IMG/VR virus record: IMGVR_UViG_3300032323_000716
Span: 1 to 64,000 of that record
Length of the DNA: 64,000 bases
Direction: 5' to 3' (one strand)
From: a virus
Numbering within the stretch: the first letter of the stretch is position 1; every line of letters begins with the position of its first letter. Both the position numbers and the translations under genes were made by a program. The notes beneath the pieces were generated by a model. The model was not told the origin of the DNA and did not search any database. It worked only from the letters and a program-made list of their open reading frames with translations. Shown one piece after another: positions 1-7,509 of the stretch.

Positions 1-123
1 AGAGAGCAGTTTGAACGCCGAGTTTTAGAAACAGATGACTATTATAATGGCATTATAAACGTCAGAGTAGGCGGATCAAACATACTTAGACAGCGTCTAG
101 AAGAACATAAAAAGGCAAAATAA
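1..123 (+). CDS. 3' end of a CDS, probably a small GIY-YIG/Seg-like endonuclease-family protein (partial)
   Basis: Frame 1 is open from the window edge: REQFERRVLETDDYYNGIINVRVGGSNILRQRLEEHKKAK*, TAA at 121-123. The E..YYN motif resembles the end of a GIY-YIG domain; the N-terminus is outside the window. Confidence 0.5.
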   Translation, partial: REQFERRVLETDDYYNGIINVRVGGSNILRQRLEEHKKAK

Positions 124-600
124 AAGCGGTTTTTGGCTGGCGCAGGCCTAAGTTCGTGCGCTCTAAACCTGGTCATTTGGTGGTCACAGGGACGGAATTC
201 CATGCCGCAATGGTACTCAACTACTACCCATTTATGGATGAAGATCGCTTAAAACCTGCGATTTAGTTGTTTGAAAAGGATAAACAAAGGTAAAAAGAAG
301 GGAGAAAAACCCTACGTTTACAAAGATGTTAGCGTATTTTTGTAAACTGCCGTCATATAAAGACGTGGCTCGAGGTACCGGATGACCGCCTCTGTAATGC
401 CATAACGCTAGAGTGTACTGTGCAACTCGCATAATGCTCTTATCTTTGCCCGGCCTGGGCAAAGTGTGACTGAACAATCTGCATAATACTTAAATGCTTC
501 GCATTAATAATAACATCACTTGTAAATTCAAAGAAAGAAAAAATGCGCTTGAGCGCAAGCGAAAAGCGCAAACGAGCATATGCTCGTTTCATACGATAAA
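124..600 (+). ncRNA. Candidate large structured non-coding RNA or cis-acting element (family unknown, strand uncertain)
   Basis: ~480 nt with no credible ORF and many stem-loops, e.g. 316-347 GTTTACAAA...TTTGTAAAC, 444-464 CTTTGCCC...GGGCAAAG and the perfect palindrome AAACGAGCATATGCTCGTTT at 570-589. Confidence 0.4.
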
Positions 601-602
601 TA
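597..602 (+). promoter_or_regulatory. T4-like late promoter core (TAAATA)
   Basis: ATAAATA ending 18 nt upstream of the ATG at 621; the same box recurs before most gene blocks. Confidence 0.6.
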
Positions 603-620
603 ATCAATCATAGGTATATC

Positions 621-2117
621 ATGCGTTTAACAACTTTATCAGACAAAACATTACTCGTAGAACAACACCTAAATGCCTCTAGACTATTGCTTAGGGAAAG
701 TTGTGACGGATTAACACTAGACCAACGACGCATAGTCGAAGGCATATATTCAGAATTATCACCTTTAATTGAAGCCAGTTTAACTACTGATCAGATACAA
801 CAACTGTTTGGACAAGTTGAAAAGTCATCTACTGAAGCAGGTGGTAACAGAACACTGTTGGGCAAAGCCGTAGATGTACCTGGTAAAGTAGATGCTGCCA
901 TTAATAAGATTGGCAAGTATCTTCAAAATACAAAACCTGTGCAGGCTTTCGATCAAAAGTTTGATCAATTAAAGAATAAAATCAATACCAAGTTCCCGGA
1001 TAGCAAAATACTAGATGCCATTTCAGAAATGGGCATATGGGCCAAAGAGAATCCCGGAAAGACCGCAGCCATTATTGGTGTGCTGACAACTATCGCAGGT
1101 CTAGCAGGTGGTCCAGTTGGCGGTGCTATCGCTGGTCAAATACTTAGAGGCGCCACAGAATTACTCAAAGGTGAAAAACTTTCAACTGCTATAGGCAAAG
1201 GTATCAAGACTGCTGCCTACGGTGCTATGGCAGGATGGCTAGTAGATGGCATTGGAGATTGGTTAGAAGGACTTAGAGCAGATGTAGTGCCCTATGACAA
1301 GATGCCTGGATTGAAACAGATCAATGTGGGCTTGACCAAAAGCCTAGAAGCACCCGGTATGAGTTTTAAACAGACTGTACACAGTATCCTAGTTCCTGAA
1401 GATTCTGTAGTAGGATTCCAAGCCATAGTTGACAATGCTCGCGGTGGAGATGTCAACGCTTTCAACGATCTAATACAGTTCACAGAACGATTCAGCGCCA
1501 AAGATTATTTGTTACAAAAATCAGTTTCCGATGCGGCTTCACAGGCATTGGCACAGCAGAACGATAAATTTTTACAGGCTATGAAAACAGCCAATGACGT
1601 CATACGTGCTGCTGCACAAGGTGCTGTTGCTGGTAAACTATCTGCTGATCAAGTCAAAGTTGGCGGCAAGCCAATGTCTGACACTGCTGGTAAAAAAGAA
1701 AGTTATTACATACAGACCAAACCGTTATCCGAAGGTCAGGTCTATCTAGTGTTCAATCGTGTACAACAGTTAAACGAAGGTCCTTTAGATTATATCAAAA
1801 AGAAAGCAGCCAACCTAACCACAAAGGTCACTGCTGACAAATTAAATTCTGCTTGGCAAAAAGCAGGATCGCCTACAGATTCAAATGAACTTGCTGCGTT
1901 TTTAAACAAGCAGGGAGTTGACTCGGAACTGGTCAAACAGGTTTATGCTCAAATGAAATTGCCAGATCCTTCAGCAACTGCAAATACAGATCAAGAAACT
2001 CCTCAACAGAGCACAGCATTAAGTCTTGATCAAGTACAGGCTATGATAGCCAAACTGCCCACTGATCGCAAAGTTAGATTGGTAAATTACATGACTAAAC
2101 AACTTAAGGTGGCCTAA
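621..2117 (+). CDS. Hypothetical protein, candidate internal head/ejection protein with a glycine-zipper-like hydrophobic segment
   Basis: 498-aa ORF; hydrophobic GKTAAIIGVLTTIAGLAGGPVGGAIAG segment; several L-x-E sites (LIEA, LSEG, LNEG). Confidence 0.6.
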   Translation: MRLTTLSDKTLLVEQHLNASRLLLRESCDGLTLDQRRIVEGIYSELSPLIEASLTTDQIQQLFGQVEKSSTEAGGNRTLLGKAVDVPGKVDAAINKIGKYLQNTKPVQAFDQKFDQLKNKINTKFPDSKILDAISEMGIWAKENPGKTAAIIGVLTTIAGLAGGPVGGAIAGQILRGATELLKGEKLSTAIGKGIKTAAYGAMAGWLVDGIGDWLEGLRADVVPYDKMPGLKQINVGLTKSLEAPGMSFKQTVHSILVPEDSVVGFQAIVDNARGGDVNAFNDLIQFTERFSAKDYLLQKSVSDAASQALAQQNDKFLQAMKTANDVIRAAAQGAVAGKLSADQVKVGGKPMSDTAGKKESYYIQTKPLSEGQVYLVFNRVQQLNEGPLDYIKKKAANLTTKVTADKLNSAWQKAGSPTDSNELAAFLNKQGVDSELVKQVYAQMKLPDPSATANTDQETPQQSTALSLDQVQAMIAKLPTDRKVRLVNYMTKQLKVA

Positions 2118-3181
2118 TGAGATTAAACGAATTACTCACTGAATCACAGGTACAAGAAGGCCCACTACTGAACAAATTAGGCTCAACAGTGGGCAAGGCT
2201 GCGGGTACCGTGGCCAAGGGTGTTGGTGCAGTAGCCGGCGGCATTGCAGGCATAGGCAAAGCATTTAAAAAGGGCTATCAGGCCGGTAAGACCACTGTGG
2301 GCAGTGGCGGGGACAGCGACAGCGCAGAACCAGCAGCAGCAAACACAGGCAGTGCAGCATCAAGTACTAGCAGCGCACCTTCTGGCTCAAGCACTGCGGC
2401 TCCAGCAACAACATCTAAACCTGCAGCAACTACAACAACTCCTGCAGCACAATCTAAACCTGCTCAGGCAACATCAAAGCCAGCGGCTGCACCTGCCCAA
2501 AGCAGTGAACAGCCTGCAGCAAAAGCAGCCAATGATACGCAGTATGCACAGGCACAGAAAGCCATTGCTGCTTTACAGCCTGCAGATCAAAAAACAATAC
2601 TAACGACATTACAGGCAGATCCTAAAGTTAAATCTGCTATGGCCAAAGCAGCACAACCTCAACAGAAACAACCAGCGGCTGCACCTGCTGCTGAGCTAAC
2701 GGCTGCACCTGCAACTACAGCACCGGCAGCAACCACAACCGAACCTAACAAGCCTGTTAAGAAAGGCGGCCGCAAAAAAGCAGCAGGACCAAGTCAAGCA
2801 GAAATAGATGCTGACCGTGCTAGAATTATGGGACCAACATCGGATTCAGTTATTAGAACAGGTAAATCTATAGTTGAAAATATCAGTGAAGCAGGACTAA
2901 TGGCCAAGTTGGGATCTAAAGTTGGACAGGCTGCTCAAACAGTAGGTAACGTTGCTGGAAAAAATGTAGGTGCTATACAACAGGCCAAAGCAGATCCTGA
3001 GCATGCTAAAAATCTTGTCAAGGCATTTGCCACAGGTAATGCTTCAAAAGATCCTAATGATGCTCCGCCTATACAAGACAAAAGTGGCACAGTGCCTAAA
3101 CAGATCATTGATAAAATCAATCAACTGAATCTAGAACAACGTGCAGAACTGCACAAATTAATTACACAAAAAACTCTATGA
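2117..3181 (+). CDS. Hypothetical Ala/Thr/Pro/Gln-rich protein, candidate processed internal head protein
   Basis: 354 aa; ATG overlaps the upstream stop (TAATG); begins MRLNELLTE; duplicated module VQEGPLLNKLGSTVGKAA / ISEAGLMAKLGSKVGQAA. Confidence 0.65.
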   Translation: MRLNELLTESQVQEGPLLNKLGSTVGKAAGTVAKGVGAVAGGIAGIGKAFKKGYQAGKTTVGSGGDSDSAEPAAANTGSAASSTSSAPSGSSTAAPATTSKPAATTTTPAAQSKPAQATSKPAAAPAQSSEQPAAKAANDTQYAQAQKAIAALQPADQKTILTTLQADPKVKSAMAKAAQPQQKQPAAAPAAELTAAPATTAPAATTTEPNKPVKKGGRKKAAGPSQAEIDADRARIMGPTSDSVIRTGKSIVENISEAGLMAKLGSKVGQAAQTVGNVAGKNVGAIQQAKADPEHAKNLVKAFATGNASKDPNDAPPIQDKSGTVPKQIIDKINQLNLEQRAELHKLITQKTL

Positions 3182-3297
3182 AAGTCAACGAATTATTTGA
3201 ACAAGAAATAGATATCAATGCTTTGGCTGATGAGATAGTCAAAGCAGGTATGCAAGTATCTGAAATAGTCAAACAGTTGATAGCACCTGCTGATTAA
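3178..3297 (+). CDS. Small hypothetical protein (39 aa), not in the ORF track
   Basis: ATGA overlap with the upstream stop; MKVNELFEQEIDINALADEIVKAGMQVSEIVKQLIAPAD*; N-terminus resembles MRLNELLTE of the upstream gene. Confidence 0.55.
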   Translation: MKVNELFEQEIDINALADEIVKAGMQVSEIVKQLIAPAD

Positions 3298-3521
3298 AAG
3301 AACGGTAGTTTAGTTTTTTTAGTAGTTTCTAGATTTTCTTTAATGATCTCGCCTACGATCATTCGCTCATCATAACTTAACATCAGTGCTTCTTGGTAAC
3401 TCATACCACGCATGTACCAACAGATCTTAAGTAGATCTTTTTTGATGTCCCGTTCTTCTCTTTCTAACTGCTTTACGTATTCTTGGATCTCAACCAGAGA
3501 CTGAGTTAAGATCCTCTGTCG
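3294..3521 (-). CDS. -1 frameshift extension of the gp26-like gene (tail assembly chaperone GT/E'-like segment), not in the ORF track
   Basis: Open frame RQRILTQSLVEIQEYVKQLEREERDIKKDLLKICWYMRGMSYQEALMLSYDERMIVGEIIKENLETTKKTKLPFF*. It has no ATG until codon 37 and is entered by a -1 shift at A AAT TTT TTC (3530-3521). Confidence 0.65.
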   Translation of the reverse strand, partial: RQRILTQSLVEIQEYVKQLEREERDIKKDLLKICWYMRGMSYQEALMLSYDERMIVGEIIKENLETTKKTKLPFF

Positions 3522-4384
3522 AAAAAATTTGTTTGATCCATTTCAAGATTCACAGACCATTCGTGACTGCAATTGGTGCATTTGGCCTGTTGTGCCTGTA
3601 ACTTCATAGATTCTTTCATACGATCTACATGATCTTTGATTGTATTAAAAATTTCACTGGTAGTGTTTTCAATAAAGTTTTTAATGATAGCAGCATCTGT
3701 AACAGTGCCTTCGGGAGTAGTGATGCTTTCTATGCAACCGCAGATAACATCTACAGTCATTTCTGTTAGTTTAAGAAAACTAGCACCAAATTTCTCTAGT
3801 TTAAGTTCGTCGCTCATTGATTCGTCATTGACAATAGCAAAGATTTTCTGTTGTTCTAAAGTTTTAATTGCAGCCTTAGAAACTTCTCTGTACGAATAAG
3901 GACGGATCTTAATAACCAATGGATCTATGTGTAAAGTATCTTCGTAGACAAATTGACTAACAGAATCTAGATAACCTAGCAGACTCATAACCAAATCGTT
4001 AATAGTTTGACAGTTTGGACAGGTAGCAGTTACATCCATGTTTTCGCCATAGGTAGCAATACGTATGGCAACTAAACAAGCATCAAGATCCAAACTAGGC
4101 ATGTTCCAAGGATCTTTGATAGCAGGTATACAACTCTTAATCACACTTACAGTGGCCTGTCCGTTCATCAGTGCGTCCGGAGTTTTAAACATAAGTTCAT
4201 CTTTAGCAGTCATGGCAAATACAGGGTATTCGTCTATGGCGCTTTTGTCCAAAGAACCTTCTGGATAGAATCGTCCTTGGCTGGGCAATCTAATAAAAAT
4301 CTTAGGTTGCCTAAAATAATTTGCCAACGGATTACCTGCAGTTTTGACCGCGGTAGCGATTGGATTCACCTGTTGTTCTGACAT
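3506..4384 (-). CDS. T4 gp26-like baseplate hub assembly protein / tail assembly chaperone
   Basis: 292 aa; LPSQGRFY, MTAKDEL, DLDACLVAIRIATYG, two CxxC motifs (CPNC, CTNC), C-terminal NFF; GGAG SD and TATAAATA upstream on the minus strand. Confidence 0.7.
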   Translation of the reverse strand: MSEQQVNPIATAVKTAGNPLANYFRQPKIFIRLPSQGRFYPEGSLDKSAIDEYPVFAMTAKDELMFKTPDALMNGQATVSVIKSCIPAIKDPWNMPSLDLDACLVAIRIATYGENMDVTATCPNCQTINDLVMSLLGYLDSVSQFVYEDTLHIDPLVIKIRPYSYREVSKAAIKTLEQQKIFAIVNDESMSDELKLEKFGASFLKLTEMTVDVICGCIESITTPEGTVTDAAIIKNFIENTTSEIFNTIKDHVDRMKESMKLQAQQAKCTNCSHEWSVNLEMDQTNFFDRGS

Positions 4385-4395
4385 TTTTTTCTCCG

Positions 4396-4425
4396 ATAAA
4401 TATTATATCTACGTAGATATTTATA
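4396..4425. promoter_or_regulatory. Face-to-face late promoter boxes flanking a 16-bp palindrome
   Basis: ATAAATA on + (4396-4402), TATAAATA on - (4425-4418), with ATATCTACGTAGATAT (4405-4420) between them. Confidence 0.6.
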
Positions 4426-4451
4426 TACGCAGTTTTTGGGGTTTTAACTAA

Positions 4452-7400
4452 ATGGCAGAAGTCACCGGAGACCTAGGCGGTCAACCAATTCAATTAAACA
4501 ATGCGGCTACAGAAGCCACACTTAGAGAGATGCTTGCTGCGATCTTAAAACAAGGTGTGACTGGAAAAGGCGGCAAAGCCCAAAAAGAGCTTGAGAAAAA
4601 ACTAGCGGAACTGGCCAAACAAACTGAAGAACTTACAGATGAGCAAAAAGAATCAATAAAACAGTCTCGAGAGGCACAGAAGAAAAAAGACGAAGAGATT
4701 AAACAGGCTGCTGAATTAGGCAAAGCCATGAATGGGTTACTATCTTCTGTAACTAGCGTGATTACTGGTATGACTAATATGATTAGCACTATCAGTAGAT
4801 TGGACAATTCTATGACAGCGGCCGCACAAAGTATGAGTGCTATACCGTTAGTTGGCGGCGCAATGGCCACAGTCTTTGGAGCAGTTACAGGAGCAGCCGA
4901 AAGAACATACAAAGCATTTCAACAAGCAGCCAGTGTAGGTGCAAACTTTGGTGGCAGCATCACAGACATGGTTAATGCTGCATCAGGTGCAGGGTTAACC
5001 TTTGATCAATTTTCTGGCATAGTTTCTAAGACCAGTGCCGATCTAGCACTGTTAGGCGGCAGTACTGCTGAAGGTGCTAAACGTTTATCTGAACTTGGCA
5101 AAGGAATAAGAAATTCTAAACTAGGAGACGACCTTGCTAGATTAGGTTACAGCACAGAACAGATCAACGAAAGCATGGCCAAGTACAGCGGTGTGTTGGC
5201 CAAGACTGGTGCTCTTTCTGGAATGAATAACAGTCAACTGATATCTCAAACTGGGCAATACCTACAGAATTTAGATGCAGTATCTAAACTTACTGGTTTA
5301 AACAAAAAAGATCTAGAAGATCAACGTGCTCAAATGATGCGTGACTCGCAGTTGCGTAACACTTTGAGAAAGATGGATGCTACTAGCCAAGAAGAATTAA
5401 TGGCTTTCTTGCAGACATTACCACCTGAATTACAAGAAGGTGCTAAAGAAGTTATTGCTACAGGTACTGCAACTAGCGAAGCAGGTCGAGCAGCATTGCA
5501 ATATCTACCAGACTCTGGTCGTGCATTTATGCATATGAATGCACAGATTAGACAGACAGGAACGTTTACCAAAGAAAACAACAAAGCGTTAAATGCGTCT
5601 ATACAGGCTGAAGCCAAACGTGTCGCTGACAGCCCATTGGCTGAAAACATGAGATTGTATGGAGACAAGTATGCACAAGGTGTGTTTACAGCCATAGATG
5701 ACGTAGCAGCCAGAGAAAAGTCCATTGGACAAGTTCAAGCAGAAACTGCTAAAGCCGCAGAAGAAAGAAGAAAAAAAGAAAAAGCAGAAATAGATGCTGC
5801 TAATTTAAAACGTTTCCAAGAACAAATAGCAGAAGTCAGCAACACATTTACAAAGTTTCTTGCTAACAGTTCATTATTAGCAGATTTTCAAAAGATATTC
5901 ACTACTACTATAGGATTTGTAGAAACTTTTATATTACCTACATTTAAGTTTCTAGCAGATAATTCGGGCATGTTAGCATTAGTAATGGCACCATTAGTTG
6001 GATTAATTGCTGCTGTTAATGTAGCATGGGGCATTTTAACACTTGCAACTAAAGCACAAATTATTTCTAGCGCATTAGCATCTGGGGCTTTAGGAAAATT
6101 AGCCATAGGAGCATTTGCTGCTTCGTTACCTTTCTTAAAAATTGCACTTCCGGTAATAGCATTAATTGCCGCATTTAAAATGTTGTACAATGCAGGATTT
6201 ACTGTAGGAGATGTATTCGAAGCCATTGGCGATAATATGAAACGTTTGATGATTACGTTGGCTGATGGATTTTTAGGGTTACTGGATAAACTTACATTTG
6301 GTGATGCTAATAAGAAAGTTAAACAGGCACAAAAGGCTCTTGAATTAGAAAGACAAGAACTTGACGAAAAAGAAAAAGCCAGAGATCAACGTAGAAAAGA
6401 CAAACGTGAAGAGCGTGGTATTAAAGAAGAAGAAAATAAATTATCTAAAGAAGCCATTGATCTACAGAAAAAAGAAAACGATGCTAAAAAAGAAGGTCAA
6501 GGAAAAGAAACAACACCTGGCACTGCTTATGATCTAAGTTCGCCTCAGAAGATGTTTGAAAGTGCAATGCGCAGACAACAAGGCGCAGCAGCACAACCAG
6601 GAACAACTGTGTCTCCTGGACTTGGCGGCATGGCAGCCAAATTTGAATCGGGATCTGCTGGCTCTTCGGCAATTGGTTGGGATACCACAGGCGGAACTAG
6701 TTATGGCAAGTATCAGATAGCAGCCAAGACAGGAACCATGAATAGATTCATGGAACACTTAAAAACAAGTAATCCGGAAGCCTACGCAAGATTATCTAAA
6801 GCAGGTCCTGCCGATGCAGGCAAAGACGGCGCATTTGCTCAAGAATGGAAAAAACTTGCCGGCGAAGGCAAACTCCAAACATCAGAACACGAGTTTATTA
6901 AGAAAACACACTTTGATGTTGGAATGAAGGGAACTGGTCAAAGTCTGCAAGACATGATTGGTAAGAGCAAAGCCTTACAAGAAGTTATGTGGTCCACATC
7001 TGTCCAACATGGCGGTAAAGGGGCTAGTAACATATTCAACAAAGTCTTCAAAGAAGGCATGAGCGAAAAAGAACTTATTGATGCAGTGTATGCCGAAAGA
7101 TCTAAGAAATTTGGTTCTAGCACACAACAAGTTCAAGCCAGTGTGATGAGTAGATTCGCACAAGAAAGAGAATTGGCACAAGGAATGGTTGGACAACCAG
7201 GAACTGCAACAGCATCAGCACAATCGCCTGCTACTGCCGCTACACCTTCTTCAACTGCTGCCCAAACTGCTGTGGCTCAAGCGCCGGCAGCACCTGCCAA
7301 ACCATCAACTACACCTGCCCAAACTGCACAAGCAGCAACACAAACTCAAGAAAGTCCCGCAACATTGCTTTCTAGTTTAAATAATAAGATGGATGTTCTA

Positions 7401-7496
7401 ATTGCACTTAACCGACGTGCTAATGACACGAGAGATAGACAATTGAGTGCTGCAAGAACTACTGCCGGTGAAGTTACTGCTTATGCTGCGGCATAA
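4452..7496 (+). CDS. Tape measure protein with a C-terminal lysozyme-like peptidoglycan hydrolase domain
   Basis: 1014 aa; long Ala/Gly-rich helical region, hydrophobic TM-like stretch (~aa 505-580), charged coiled coil, then FESG...GGTSYGKYQI...WSTSVQHG lysozyme-like motif; lies next to the chaperone-like gene. Confidence 0.75.
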   Translation: MAEVTGDLGGQPIQLNNAATEATLREMLAAILKQGVTGKGGKAQKELEKKLAELAKQTEELTDEQKESIKQSREAQKKKDEEIKQAAELGKAMNGLLSSVTSVITGMTNMISTISRLDNSMTAAAQSMSAIPLVGGAMATVFGAVTGAAERTYKAFQQAASVGANFGGSITDMVNAASGAGLTFDQFSGIVSKTSADLALLGGSTAEGAKRLSELGKGIRNSKLGDDLARLGYSTEQINESMAKYSGVLAKTGALSGMNNSQLISQTGQYLQNLDAVSKLTGLNKKDLEDQRAQMMRDSQLRNTLRKMDATSQEELMAFLQTLPPELQEGAKEVIATGTATSEAGRAALQYLPDSGRAFMHMNAQIRQTGTFTKENNKALNASIQAEAKRVADSPLAENMRLYGDKYAQGVFTAIDDVAAREKSIGQVQAETAKAAEERRKKEKAEIDAANLKRFQEQIAEVSNTFTKFLANSSLLADFQKIFTTTIGFVETFILPTFKFLADNSGMLALVMAPLVGLIAAVNVAWGILTLATKAQIISSALASGALGKLAIGAFAASLPFLKIALPVIALIAAFKMLYNAGFTVGDVFEAIGDNMKRLMITLADGFLGLLDKLTFGDANKKVKQAQKALELERQELDEKEKARDQRRKDKREERGIKEEENKLSKEAIDLQKKENDAKKEGQGKETTPGTAYDLSSPQKMFESAMRRQQGAAAQPGTTVSPGLGGMAAKFESGSAGSSAIGWDTTGGTSYGKYQIAAKTGTMNRFMEHLKTSNPEAYARLSKAGPADAGKDGAFAQEWKKLAGEGKLQTSEHEFIKKTHFDVGMKGTGQSLQDMIGKSKALQEVMWSTSVQHGGKGASNIFNKVFKEGMSEKELIDAVYAERSKKFGSSTQQVQASVMSRFAQERELAQGMVGQPGTATASAQSPATAATPSSTAAQTAVAQAPAAPAKPSTTPAQTAQAATQTQESPATLLSSLNNKMDVLIALNRRANDTRDRQLSAARTTAGEVTAYAAA

Positions 7497-7509
7497 AGGA
7501 TAAACTGAA

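Noticed and set aside
232-477. 81-aa minus-strand ORF in the structured intergenic region
   Set aside because: No SD or promoter box and no recognisable motif; better explained as a chance ORF across a structured non-coding element.
124-600. Group I intron, tRNA, tmRNA or RNase P RNA
   Set aside because: I found no group I P7/R-S consensus, no tRNA T-loop or cloverleaf, and no RNase P GAGGAAAGUCC motif. There is also no obviously interrupted host gene.
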